A stretch of 63,399 bases of DNA, the filler included, from Choristocarpus tenellus KU-1152 (taxonomy: Eukaryota > Protista > Phaeophyceae), in the NCBI GenBank assembly GCA_964200185.2. It is 12 parts of 12 records of this genome, joined end to end, with 100 filler letters (N's around TTAATTAATTAA, not from the genome) between each part and the next. Parts side by side here need not be neighbours in the genome. Positions count along the whole stretch, not along the records: positions 34,959 to 37,476 come from CAXNAD020027139.1; positions 37,577 to 46,250 come from CAXNAD020004457.1; positions 46,351 to 48,969 come from CAXNAD020026216.1; positions 49,070 to 55,996 come from CAXNAD020007041.1; 8 more parts are not named here. One strand, given 5' to 3'. Below the pieces are notes generated by a model. That model did not search any database. It had not been told where the DNA came from and saw only the letters and a list, made by a program, of their open reading frames with translations. Positions 36,291 to 49,804 of this stretch are shown piece by piece. Position 1 is the stretch's first letter. Each line of letters starts with the position of its first letter. The translations under genes and the position numbers were made by a program.

Positions 36291-36892
36291 GGTTTCATCT
36301 GGCGACCAACAGGTGGGGCCCGTCCGCCAACTGAGGGCAAACATCTCCATGGTAATCGGAATGAAACCTCTGCAACGGGTCAGAGCCGTGGGTGTGCCTC
36401 CTGTGTTCGTAACTACAGCTGAAATGGCTTGTATCGAAAAACATAGTTGATGATTGGTAGGGTTGGTCGTGGGTCTTCGTCATCATCATGAGCGATAGAG
36501 TTGCCTTCCATACTACAAACATTGCTGTTTTGTCAGTTCTAGTCTTTCGTTGCTAATAGCGGGAATAGCAAATCGTTTCCTTCAACTGTAGACAACGATC
36601 TTGGTCAATCTCCACCTCGTTTCTGCCTCAAACACGCGTCACTGAAAAAACCTACATACGGATTGGCATCCTCGACATGGACTTATTTCAAACTATTTCG
36701 CCCCGCAAGCCGCCTCCATTAAACACATTCACCACGTCAACCGTATCGTTTTCTCTGTTCGCTCCCCCATGCTATCGTACTTCCATTACACCATCACATT
36801 ATTGACGTCACCATCGTCCGCTCCTCTCCTCAACAACATCCTCCGCCATCTCCACTACTAGATTCTCGAGAAGGACTCGACTCTACGCGCTT

Positions 36893-37151
36893 GAGCCAAA
36901 GTATCTTAGAGGGTAGAGCCGCGTCCATTTGGGGGTCAAAATCCAATGTTATGATTTCGATGTATTTTTGGCTATCATGTTTGTTAGGAAGTGTCAATAT
37001 CCTTGTTCTGGGCACACCTTTTTATGACGTACACATTTTTCCTACTCCGAAATATTTAGGTGTAGGAAAATGTCATTAAAAAAAACATGGGAAGCCAAGT
37101 CCCAAACGGACAAACAGGGCAAAACTCGTGCTCTCTAAGATACTTTTACTC
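36893..37151 (+). mobile_element. MITE family A copy
   Basis: GAGCCAAAGTATCTTAG...CTAAGATACTTTTACTC; flanks are GCTT/GCTT, so the TSD length is ambiguous here. Confidence 0.9.
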
Positions 37152-38167
37152 GCTTACCTCACCACCTGGGATGGGAAATACCAGGATGTACTCAACCAGG
37201 TCAACCTCTACCAGGTTCACAGCGGGTGGGGCTGTGATGGTGGCGGCAGAAGTTGAGAGCAACAACGGATCGGCATCAGATGGTCGTGAGAAAGAAGACG
37301 AGGGAGGGCGCGAACACCAGGGAGTGGATGGAGACGAGGGAGGGGACGAACACAAAGGAGGGGACGAAGACGAGGGAGGGAACGGACTCCCAGACAGGGA
37401 GGTACGGCGAAGGGGGTTCTGTCGGCAGTGTTCCTGGTGCAGAAGAAGAAGAAAACGGCCATGGAGGGTGGAACACNNNNNNNNNNNNNNNNNNNNNNNN
37501 NNNNNNNNNNNNNNNNNNNNTTAATTAATTAANNNNNNNNNNNNNNNNNNNNNNNNNNNNNNNNNNNNNNNNNNNNGTAATAAATTCGAATGAAAGTCAA
37601 GAATTAAAAAAATTAGCTGAACGGTTTTCGATACCCCCCCCCCCAGATACTTTGACCCTATTTGAATATGGTGTTTCTTGTGACCTTATATTTTGAGTCT
37701 GCTCAACTCAGTTTACAAAGCACCTGAAAAAATGGAGAATTATGCATTATGGTTGCAAAACATTATTTCCTAAAACAGTTTGCTGCTATATTCGGAAGTT
37801 GTCACAGGAAGCAGTAAACTTTAGCTTTTAGCAGAAAACCTTTTTTTTGAAAGTAATTCAGAGCAATACGAAATTCTGATGTCAAAGGAAATCGACAACC
37901 AAGAGACTCGAAACTTCCAGGTCTCAAAGAGAGAAGAAGGAACACTATTGAAAAAAAGTGGGGAGGGGACAGCAGGAGGAACTGGGAAAGAGACCATGAC
38001 TAAAGGTACAACAAAAATCCTTCTACAGCTGCTCCAAAAAATAATAGACTGCACATACCATTGACAATGTAATATGAAACTTCAAGACACCGAATCCTAT
38101 TCGATAGCATTGTAAAGTCATTGCACAACCATCAGTTGGAGCTGATTAGACTAATGAACTGTTGTAC

Positions 38168-41100
38168 CTGGTTCAATGCCCGATCCGCCTGCTGGTGGTA
38201 CCATTCGTCCCCTGACAGAAGATCCACTGCAGCCACACTAATCACACCCATACCAGCCTTGTCCCCTCTCTGATCCCCACACCCATCCTCGATATTGCCA
38301 TTCTTGGCGCATACTTTGTCTTCCGTTGATGCTTCCATCCTTCCCTTTCTCTTCCTCCATCTATCTGGTTGGGCAGTGGAGATGGGCTGCAAAACGACCT
38401 TTGCTTTTGTGCCTCCACCAATGCCACCTCTGTTCCCATTATCCCCATCATCTCCAGAACAGTTCTTGGCATCTGTTCTTCCATCCCCCTCACAAACTTT
38501 AATTCCACTTAGGCCGTATCCGACATGACGACCACTGTAGCCAGTACTGGGGCTCTGATTTTGTGAACATGGTCTCGAGAGCTGCTGGCGTTTTGCCTCC
38601 TTGAGTTTCCACTCATTGTAGTCCTTCTTGCATTGCACCTTGGGGTCTCCAATGGATGGCAGTGGATATCCAATGCAAAACACACCCCTTGCGAAATTGT
38701 CATTGAAACTTACACCCTATTGGATAGGGCGTGTGATGAGCATAGAGAGGGGGGGTGACACGGAGGGTGTCATAATCACGATTAAAAAAAAAATGGATGT
38801 GCAAGTTCCGCTAAAAATAATTTCTATGTCCGTGTGATCAATCTGTCCTCCAGTTCGAAGCGGAAAATACTACTGTAGTAGAAAATTAGGGAGAACTGGC
38901 CGATAATTCAAGACACAAGAAAATATGCCTATGCTCAATTCCTTGCTGAATCATTCCATTTGATCCATGGTGCAACTCTGCTCCATCGCTCCTCTCATCG
39001 TAGCAGGTGGTGAGTCTTGATGATGGGTATCAAACCCACGAACTCACAAGACACAATAGTGATATTGAGGGCTAACTTGATGCTGCATAGAACGAATATT
39101 CATACCTATACGCTGACATAAACAACGGGTTTCTTCCACATGTAATAGTAGACACAGTGCAGATCTAGGGTACTGCAGTGTTCAATACAATTTTTCCCCT
39201 TTCTCGGGATCTTTGAAATGCACCCTGCCTAACAACTACCTCAATGTGGACTCCTGCAATGGCAGGAACAAGGATGTATGAAATGGGGGGACAACCTTAC
39301 ACTTTAAAGCCATGATAGAGACGACAGCAGAAGAGGAAATCCATACACTGAAACAACAAAAAAATCGTGCACAAGCAGTTTGATGTCCCAGTTACAACTA
39401 TAAATAGTTGCTGTAAGGGGATGAAAAAAGTGTGAATGTGTACGCTTCCATTGCTGTGTGGGGTCACGAGTGGCACTAATCACACAGAAAGGGACTTGAA
39501 TATTTTTTCTGTCCGAACAGGTGTGTGAAAGTCAGCATAGTTGGTGGGTCTGGATAGGCATACGTTACATGGTGTACACAATGTACAGAGTTGGAGGATC
39601 ACTGGGAGATTTTAGTGATTGGGTGAGCCAGGCAGCCCCTGTCTCTATGTTAAAGCAAGATATGGATGGAGAGGGAACAGAGCAGTTGGGGGGATTGTGT
39701 GCAGGAGGTTTGTCTCTGCGACTTTGATTTCACAACTCTGCCTTGATGTACGTGCTGAGCATGGTTGTTAAGAAGAACGAAAAAATTGCTCATGAAATAC
39801 GCAACCTCTGGTTTCGTGTTACATCCACACTAGCTAAGCTATTATGTAATAGCATAATCAAGATGCTAAGCCTAGCAGCGACCAATCCAAGCATGGTTCA
39901 ACCTCAAAGGTCAACCCAGACAATTTGATACCTCAGCTGTAAAGGGGAGGAATCTCCAGGCACGCAACAGAAAGTGAGCATGCAATAAACATTAAATAAT
40001 GCCAATTATATTACCTCAGACATCTTGCCCCTGTAGACTGCCAGGAGCAGACCACGATCAGAGGATCGTATGGATTGCTCGTAGGCCTCCTTGACAATCT
40101 CAGATTCTGCCAAATCCTTCTTCTCGCTGACAACTACTCCCTTGAGCAACACCAACGACTGCCAAACCTGATTGAACGAAACACACACGTTGCAAACCTT
40201 GATTGACATTTTTTCCATTTGTAACAAGGTTTGTAACAAGATTTGTACAACGAAACACATTGCACTACTACACTAGAGTCACCACAGGAAAAACAGGTAT
40301 CATAATGCCACTATAGAATCAAACATGCAACGCAAGTATAGTTAAGTTACAAAATGCAATGTTGCATCGCTGCAAAAGAAGTTGTCAACGGTATGTTGCC
40401 TTTGGCTTATACTATTGGCGATAAACCTCAAACTGTCGCACCAACCAGCTGACTCCTCAGTATTTTGATCAAAGCAAACCCCGTCAACATGAGAAAACCA
40501 GCAACCACTGCATACTGGAGTTGTCATTTTATCCCTCAATCGAACACAACACATATGAGGTGCTACTGGTCCACTACATCCAATGTTAGAGTACCATACA
40601 CAAAGACAGGCAGATGCAAGAAGGAGGGTGGTGTTGAAATGGATGGACCAATGACTACAGTAGTTTTTCGGGGCTTGGTACTACCCTTTGGTGCTCCATT
40701 GACAGCATTCCCTTCTCTATGGTCGACAGAGAAGGGAGAGGTAAAGATATAAAAGCAAGAACTCAATCATACAAGAACTGTAGATGCAAGCAGCACACCA
40801 ACTAGCAATTTTTTTCTCTCCGCTATTCCAACCACTAAAGAGATACAATATACAAAAGGCTGAAAATCGCCATGTCCACTATCTTGTTCCTACGAGTTTT
40901 TTCTGACCAAAACAGGTACAACACAAACCAAAGAAACATGCTATGTTTTATAGTGCCTCATCAAGTTTTTGGACTCCTTCAGCTCTGACCTCAAAATACC
41001 CAAGGGTTGTTTGGGAAGACTCCTGGAAGAGCAAATGCTATGGTTTGTTCGCACTAAAAAATTAACATGTTTCCGTTTCCTTCGTTCTACTGTATGTCAT

Positions 41101-43993
41101 TTCGATTAACCCAATTCCTTTCACATACCATCAAAACTCGTATAACCGTACATACAGCATATCGTAAGTAGCACCCAGAGTGCAGATGAATCAATTCAAT
41201 ATACCCAGTTCTGTCTACTGGAATTGTTAAGAATAAATGGACCACAGTGTAAATAGTATCCAGAACGTACACACAAATGGGGTTATAAAAAATAACAGTG
41301 ACCCTAAGAAGGGACTTGGTAACACAACAAAATATTCTGAGCACCAACCAATGGGAAACTCCTGCCCCGCAACCTGTAAATATTACGACTATTCTATATC
41401 TTGGCAATCCTCTGGAGCCTACCTCACAGGCCCGCCATAGTTCCTCAGCAGTCTTGAGGAACCCATAGCTGGGTAGGAACACCAGCACCCCCCCAGGAAC
41501 CTGCTCACAGAAGGCCAACACAGTTCGACCCAGCTGATGCACAAAGTTAAGGTTGTTGTAATTTTTATGAGTGCACCTGAAAGAGGACGCATTGCGCATG
41601 TCATAAACACGATATACATATGCCCCGTCACAGTAGTCCAATGGCCCACAGGCAAAATGGAAGGCAGGGTTGCATGAAGATGAAGGATTGTGTTTGAGAA
41701 GCAATTTGATGAGTCACCATTTATATTGTGGAAGAGAAGGCAAATGGTGTGTGAGGGATCAGGGACAAGGTATGGAGAAGCTGAGAGCATACATGCTGCT
41801 GATGATTGAACTCTCTGGAGAAAAAAATTGCACTAGGTGGGGGGTGAAATACAACGAGGCTGGCAGGAGGAAGGGTAGATTCATGGTTGGGGCTGTGGAG
41901 GAAGAGATGGAGGGAGGTATAGTAAGTGGGTTTTGTCAACATTTGCAAATATATGAATGAGGGGGTAGGAGATGCATATAAAGTGTCGCATTTTCCCCAA
42001 GGGGGAGGCTCTTATCTTGCAATCAGCAAATGGAATCAACTTGTGTGAATAAAGCCTGGACTCCCCTTAACTACATGTCAGGCTACATACACAGTTGAAG
42101 AAAACAAGATGTACCCAGAGTTACATTTTAATGATGCCAGCAAATATGTGCAAAATCGTTTTGTTTTTTTTAACAAATACGTATAGGACATTTCCGAATT
42201 GTGTAAAAAACCCATAAACATCAGAGAAAAGAACCCTATCAGGTCAAACCTATCACTACATAAATAGAAATATGGCTGAATTGCAAAATATTGAAATCTG
42301 GCTAGTATTACAAAACTTCCAAAAACTGGGTACCTCTTGTTTACTTTGGCTCTACAGTAGACATGCAGTTGACAAGTACTTCCACTGCATATTAATTCCT
42401 CGTGTAAATGGGTTCTTACCACGATAGCATCAGTAAGAGGCAGGGAGAACTGGATTGCAAGAAAAGACAAAGCAGGTATATGTACCAAAGTGTGATTAAC
42501 AAATACGGCACTAGATGAACGGGGGCTATCTTGAAACAAATCCACTCCACCGACTCTCACTCTCAACAAAAAAATCCTTCAGAATAAAATAACGCTCACA
42601 AGGTTCCACTTTCCATCCCCTCCCCCCCGTCCAATACTTATATCCACAACCCTAGCTCTATAGCCTCCTGTTCTAACCCCAACCATAGCCCCAATGCAGT
42701 TGGCTGTTCGCATACACCATCATGATCAGCACTGGAGGAAATGGGTGTGAGAACAAATGAAACTTGATGTGTTCACAAAGAGAGCAAAAAATAAGTTGGA
42801 AACAATTCACACTTGTCCACCCTCAATATGTCCCTTCACAACAACTCCTCTGTCTTACACTTCAAAACACAATTGTGTATGTGCATAACTGGAGACCCTC
42901 CATGCCCACTCCCCTCTTCGCCTACACATCTCACCGCAAGTCTAGCTGATTCACACCTCGTCCTCCAACAGAAAATGGGACGGACACAATTTCAAACTGC
43001 TTTCCCACTGATACTACATGATTTGCTTCAAGAGCCATTTGAGGGTAAGGCAGGAGCCTTGATGCAAACTCCCTTCCAAGCTCAGATCGAAATGAGCCCA
43101 ATGGGCTCAGGGTGCCACTGGTCAATATGACAGAGTGGGTCTGGAGAGGAGACGGGAGCAATGGGAGTGAATAGAGGGTCAACTTGCCCAGAGTTGGGGT
43201 TGAAGGGACAATGATAGCGAGAGGTTTGGACGTGAAAGTCTTGTAAGCAACAACTACATTGGTAAGTACATTGGGATGTGAAAGACTGGAATGGTGGAGT
43301 GTTCAGGGAAGGAAGAGGATTAGTACATGGGGGGATAGGTTAGGGCGCAATGAGCATCAAGATGGGCCTTGGGCTGAGTTATATCAATGAAAGATTTGAC
43401 AAGCTGGATGCAGCATCCAGTGTATTAGGCTCAAAAGTATCTGGGGGGGGGGGTGGCAGCTGTCCATTTGGGAACAATTTTGTTCATGTCACGATTTTTG
43501 GGTGATTTGGTTGCATACGTTGGATGGATAGTATAAATGCACTTTGCCTGATTTTGGCTCAAATGGACACCCTGGTGTAGACCGCCCCCTCCTCCCAGAT
43601 ACTTTGGTTCATTACCATAGAATGAGCAGAACTTTGGATGGACAATCTGAACACTCCATGACAGTGCGATTTTTTTTTCCCCATGTCAGAAAGCAAACAA
43701 AGTGGACAAGAGCAAATTAACTTCACAACAATAGGACATACCCATGTCAGAAATACTAGACACCTCTGCAAAGATCACAGAAGGTGGGAAAGGGGAAACA
43801 AATATTGCAAGGTCTTCACCTCCTACTGGGTGAATTTTCTTCTACTGAGAGTTCACACACCTGTGCAGCAACATCACCAAACGTCACCTCTGGAGCCAGC
43901 AGCCACACGCTCAGCTCAAATAACCTGTCCAGCTTTTGTCTGGGCTGCAATCGATGAGTCTGGAGCACACAAGAATCATTTGGTTGATGGAAT
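38168..43993 (-). CDS. FANCJ/BRIP1-like (XPD/Rad3 family) DNA helicase, C-terminal helicase region; partial, 5 exons
   Basis: Exons 43993-43861, 43140-42935, 41576-41423, 40167-40015 and 38716-38168 join in phase. They give WLLAPEVTF..|THSVILTSGTLSP..LEANHVV..VPGGVLVFLPSY..LLAVYRGKMSE|GVSFNDNFARGVFCIGYPLP..DPKV..KKDYN..SGDEWY.QQA.RALNQ, which are FANCJ/RTEL1 hallmarks. Subfamily not resolved. Confidence 0.9.
43428..43610 (+). mobile_element. MITE family B copy in a helicase intron
   Basis: GGCTCAAAAGTATCT...AGATACTTTGGTTC; internal homology to 25275-25451. Confidence 0.85.
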
Positions 43994-45149
43994 CTGGAAA
44001 AAAGGATGGAGAGGGTGGACGACCAAATAATCAGAATTCTTCAACTGAGCTAAAAATCATTCTCATTAAAAGAGACTGACGACTTTTCACTCCTCCCATT
44101 GACACTCAACAGAGTGGTACGATCAAGACAGGTTCACACTGGGGGGTCAAAAGAGGGGTCCATTATGGAACAGGCCATAGAATATTGTGAGGAGCTGGAA
44201 ATTGCAGATTGGTATGGAGGTATGACGTATATACCCCTGATGTAGAACATTAACCTAACTCTTATACCTGTCAACGGTTTCTTCCATAGTGCTCATACTG
44301 ATGGCACAGCTTACTCCATCCATCTTCTATTTTCATCCCTTATCAAGAAGCAAGGACGATGGACTTTCACTTGCCAACTTGTAATAATACTAGTCATAAA
44401 TAGTTGCACTTGGGGTTAGGGGTGTATCACAACAGGGAAAGCACTCCAGTGGCTCAAACACATTATTCCCAAAATAGTAAAACTAATCTTAGCATGACGC
44501 TGGGACGATAAGAATAAGCCGACCCCTTCGATAATACACAGCAGTGATAACTTTGATTCAGATCGTAATATAACATTGATACAAACTAACAGTAGGTTAG
44601 GGTAATTGTGCATTATTACATATTATTAGCTGATGAAACGTTTTACAAGTCGGTCTAGTCATGATTTAACTCATTTGTGCTTCACAAATCAGTAGGAAAA
44701 TATTTGTATGTGAAGGTTGAAGGAGTCGTGAAGATATAAAACCACTTCTACCCAGGAATCTTGTACCACATATCGTCTACTGAATACAATTCACCGTTGA
44801 GGAATGAAGTATAAATCCCAATTTATCGATATAGCCTTGTTTGTTTCCATGAACACATGATTTGTAGATAGTACTCATTTCATCAGCATGTAGAAATGAT
44901 TTGTCCCTATGCATTGAGAGAAGATCATTCTGTATTGGTGATCTGTCCCTACCTCATGTTTCATACAAGTCTTATGTTGCGATTGAACAGGAAATAACAA
45001 TCGTGTACAAAGCTTTTGTTGTGATTTAATAGGAAAGAACCTTGTACAAAACTTTGGAAACTACTACCCTAACTACATACAGTACATTATTCCCTTATTC
45101 TACGAAAGAAAAAGTGAATATCACCATACCTTCTAAACTAACACATTGT

Positions 45150-46250
45150 GGAAGTCCTAGTAGGCTCCTGGGTAACATGACGATGGTAGCATGTCATGGT
45201 GTCTCTTATCTATGAGTCAAATCAATTGAGAGGTAGACAGGTTTGCATCCTCTTTTATTCTGAGCAACCTCTTACCTTGTGCATACGCTATATCTCATTG
45301 CTATATGTGCACAATAGAGTACTCAAAATTATATTATGCCTTTCCACACACAAATTGACACCAAATTCAGCATTGACTCTTTCTGTAATTGTAAAAAAAT
45401 GGCATCCTCTTGCCCTTTCTCAGGATCCTCAACATGCAACCTTGCTTCCCTCTCACTTGGTTGGACTCTTTTTGAAGTTAAAAGCACGCATCGTTATATT
45501 TGGACTATTGGTGGTCAGAGCTCGCATTTTGAGTATCAGTACCGCCACTCCCACTTTCAAAACCATATAATTGATACTATATAAAAAACATGAACAACAC
45601 TTGTATGTACCGCTCTCCAATTCCAGAAAGATGTGCAAATGGATACAAGGAACCAATACGTTGACTTGAATCCCTCCACAATGATTTGCCCTTGTGAGCA
45701 CAATTTGTATAAATCACAACGTGTTGATTTGTCAACATTTCATCTTGTTATCGAAAGGTTTGACCCACACCACTCTCACACACATTAACAATGCAAATTA
45801 TTCGGATCTGTAGATGAGGGAGTTAACTCCAAAATCTCAGATTTGTGAGGATGTCCCTCAACTTGCTTAACTCTGGCTTATGGCAGGAACGGTCATTTGG
45901 TTGTCGTAAATTGATATGTATGCCACAAATCAGATTTACTTGTATTGGTCTGATGCGCCAAATTTCTATGCAGATGCCAAATACTATCCTGCCAAGAATG
46001 AAGTGGGTGGGTAGCTGTAGGGGACATATAAGTACCAAATGCAACCATTGATTCTGTCCACTATGATAGCATGGCATATGCATAGATTGCATAGTATAGA
46101 GGGCCTTGTAGAAAGAGCCAGTCTCAAGCAAACCCCTCCCACTCCCAATATCAATCTCAACGTCCTTTGCACATCCAAGTGTCTCAAATGACTTCTCCAA
46201 GGCCCAAGGTCACAAGGAGCACACCAGAGGCCAAGGGATGAATCACCACC
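45150..46250 (+). mobile_element. Degenerate Copia RT(-RH) remnant upstream of the helicase exons
   Basis: 45230-45460 is the reverse-complement homologue of 26858-27075 and 62450-62660. Extent beyond that block is approximate. Confidence 0.45.
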
Positions 46251-46352
46251 NNNNNNNNNNNNNNNNNNNNNNNNNNNNNNNNNNNNNNNNNNNNTTAATT
46301 AATTAANNNNNNNNNNNNNNNNNNNNNNNNNNNNNNNNNNNNNNNNNNNNGA

Positions 46353-46392
<40 letters not shown>

Positions 46393-46735
46393 AGGGGGGG
46401 GGGGAGGGGGAAGGGGAAGGGCAAGGCAGTTATTTAATCGCAATAAAAATAAAAATAAAACCGAGTATAGAGTAGAGGGGTAATTTGCATTTTTTTCTTG
46501 CACAAACGCACGATCGATCGCGCACACTGCTCGCAGTACTCAGCAAATCCAGCACGCCTCCAACCGCTCATGCACTCCCTACAGGCCTCAATCAATCATA
46601 ACCAAAGTGCATCAACTGCCGCCAGCCTCCCTCCTCACTACCCGATCCAACTCTCCTAACTCCTTATACCAAAAATGCAAAACCCATAAGCCTTCACCTC
46701 AGTTCACAACGCTACTCAACAACCAGGGGGCTTAC

Positions 46736-48191
46736 CGTGTTGTCCCTAGGGGTGTCAATCAGTCCACTACTGCTCATCTCCAGTACCCACAGCCTAGCGT
46801 CAGTGTCAGCCCCCGTGTCAGCTCCAGAGCCACCCTCAGCCCTCTCTAACCTCGTCTCATCCCCAACAGCAGAGTTCTCAGTTACGGAGGCGTTTCCACT
46901 ACCGATGGAGTTCCCGCTGCTACCATCTCCACCCGGGGGTACCTGAACATATTTTTTTTGAAGTTCAAAAATAAATAAGTAAATCGCACGAGAGCATAAT
47001 GCACGCAAAATAAAAACATTGATGCATTATTATGTTTCTGTATCATATATTCTCTCCCAAAAAACAACGTAGGATGTAACAATAAAAACACTACATACAT
47101 AATACTGTATATAGTGTACCACTACAGATCTATTATTAGTAGTATTATTATTATTAGTTTTTATTATTTTCTAAGTCAATGATATGACGCGCAACCTTTG
47201 GTACACTGCAGTTTAAAATTTGAAGAACAGTTGATATAAATAAAATGGGGTCTATATTACGCCAACAAACTTTGATAAACAAAAAAAAGAAAAAAAAGAG
47301 GGTGACCAAAGACACAACCACAACTGAACAAGGGCTTTCTACAAGACAACATTCCAGCAACCACGAAATGTCATACGACGTTGACCTGAATCAGCTTCTT
47401 TTTCTGTTGATGCAACCAACTACTATGGGCATCGTACAACACAAAAAAAAACCCAACTCAAAATGATACACAGTTTGAAATTATCACTTTCTCAATTTAA
47501 AAAAAAACTAAACAAATGCTTAAAACAAAATAAATTACAGAAAATACGTTTAAAAAAAAAAATTGAAGAAGGCAAACCAACAGAATAAAAAATATATATA
47601 TTTAGATGTACATATAAAATATATATATATATATATATTTGAGATACAGTACAGCATAACAGCATTTCATAAAACACACCAACCCGATTTTTCTTTAAAT
47701 GCACTCACTCGTACATCAATACCCCTCACATTGCCATTTACCAATCAATACATCCATCCACTAACCAAACTCAGTTGAGCACATTAACCACCTCACCTCA
47801 ATACCTAGAGCATACTACAACAACAGAACATGCTCCATTGGATCACCTTGATCTTCTAAAATATTCACACATCTCCTATAATTTATTTATTTTTTAATCT
47901 TAACAGACTGCACCGAATGAAAGCAAAAAAATTGTCTCCTACACTTGAGCACTATCCACCATCCACCATCAACAAACTCCTCTCACATCACAAAAGTACC
48001 GCAACAACAGTACCGTGGCAAGCTGCCACGGTACACTATCCTATCCTATCCTACCTTCCCAACAAAAAAATCCGACTCAAAACAAACAGCATATACTTTA
48101 ATTTAAACAAGACTATATCCCTCCTCCAACGGGAAGATGCCTAGGAGTGTACCATTACAAAACGTTATTATTTCAATAATGTATTATTATC

Positions 48192-48226
<35 letters not shown>

Positions 48227-48913
48227 TGTGTTCTTACTTTACAATTGCTACTATCATCCCCTACCACGCTACCACTGCGATCATTACCAACAAACCGCCT
48301 AATTACCTACAAAACACGATTCTCCTGACCTTATCAGCAGCAGTCTTGATCAAATGGAAGCTGGAGAACAAGTCCCTCCTCATGTCCGTCAAGGTATTGT
48401 GGTGCGATGTCAGCACCATGCGCTCACGAGTCCCAGGCCTACCCGCCACATCACACAAGTTCACATGCAATGCCACAGGGTACAAATCCACAGTCAGACT
48501 CCTGGGGCACAGGAGAGCGGTCCCCGTGGGGGGGGGGGGAAAGGGTGGTGTTGCCAACTGACTGACGTAAAACTTCACCTATAACCCTAACCCTTCCATT
48601 TAAATCACCACCGCAGAACAACAGAGACCGATCCTCTCAAAAAGCTCCTACAAAACCCTTACCCCCTACTCCACACGCTGTGTTCCAGTCCTCACCCAGG
48701 CGTTCCATTTAAGGAGGCGGCGCTGTCGGTCCCCCCCTCTGTGCTCGCCTTGCCAGACAGCTGTAGCATGGGGTCACGGACACAGACCACCCGGCGAGAA
48801 AAGACTGGACCCCCTCCATACCAGTCCACCATCAGATTCCACAGGGCCTTGGGGAGGAGGACAAAGTGCTTGCCAGCTTCGAGGTTTGGGGCAAGTTCCC
48901 ACTCCGCTGCACC
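46736..48913 (-). CDS. Ubiquitin-specific protease with DUSP domain (USP4/15/32-like N-terminal region); partial, 3 exons
   Basis: Exons 48913-48696, 48501-48330 and 46942-46736 join in phase. LEAGKHFVLLPKALWNLMVDWYGGGPVFSRRVV is the DUSP signature, followed by VDLYP and a ubiquitin-like segment ending in ARLW. Confidence 0.8.
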
Positions 48914-49617
48914 CTGGGGGGGGGGGGGGGACCGGGAACCCCCCCCCAAAGGGGGGGAAAAAAAAAAAANNNNNNNNNNNNNNNNNNNNNNNNNNNNNNN
49001 NNNNNNNNNNNNNTTAATTAATTAANNNNNNNNNNNNNNNNNNNNNNNNNNNNNNNNNNNNNNNNNNNNGAGGTGTCCTCCGCAGCAATGCCTTAAGGTG
49101 AACTCCTCTCCTCATACTATCAAATGGTGCTTTCCCCGCCCCCGCTCCCCCCCCCCCAAAACACACACACACACACACAAACGTCAAGAAGAGATGCTCG
49201 TAGCTGTGATCAGAAACCACCTGAACAAATTCCTCGCAGGCTGAGCGTTTCCACCCGGCCAGAAGGCTAGCATTTTCGCAATCAGCCACATGGCCCATGG
49301 GTCAGCCCGTGCCCTGGCCATGTTGAAACAGTTGATGGCTGTGGACTCCACCGCGTTTGAACTTGATTGTACTGGCCCACTTATGTCGAGTACTGAAGAT
49401 CATGGAACAGGCCATGTTAGAATATTTTACCTATGACCCCCTCCAGGTAACTCTTTTTTTACCGCTCGGATTGGTCATGCCATGGCCTTGGCTCCCTCAT
49501 TCAGCGTTTAGTCGCCTCATCTTGTACCTCGTACTACTACTGCAAGTACTGAATACAAAAAAAATAAAAAAATGTCATCGAATAGTAGGACACTTTCTAT
49601 TTCAGTGTGCATAATGG

Positions 49618-49653
<36 letters not shown>

Positions 49654-49768
49654 TACTTTCTTTTTTTACTGCTTTAGACAATTAAAATTTATCGTGTTGA
49701 ATGCACGTATGCACATACAACTTAACCTTCAATCCTTTTTTTTTAACACTCTTCACTTTTCACACGGA

Positions 49769-49804
49769 GTTAGGGTTAGGGTTAGGGTTAGGGTTAGGGT
49801 TAGG
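49769..49804 (+). repeat. Interstitial telomere-type repeat (TTAGGG)6
   Basis: Visible directly. Confidence 0.95.
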
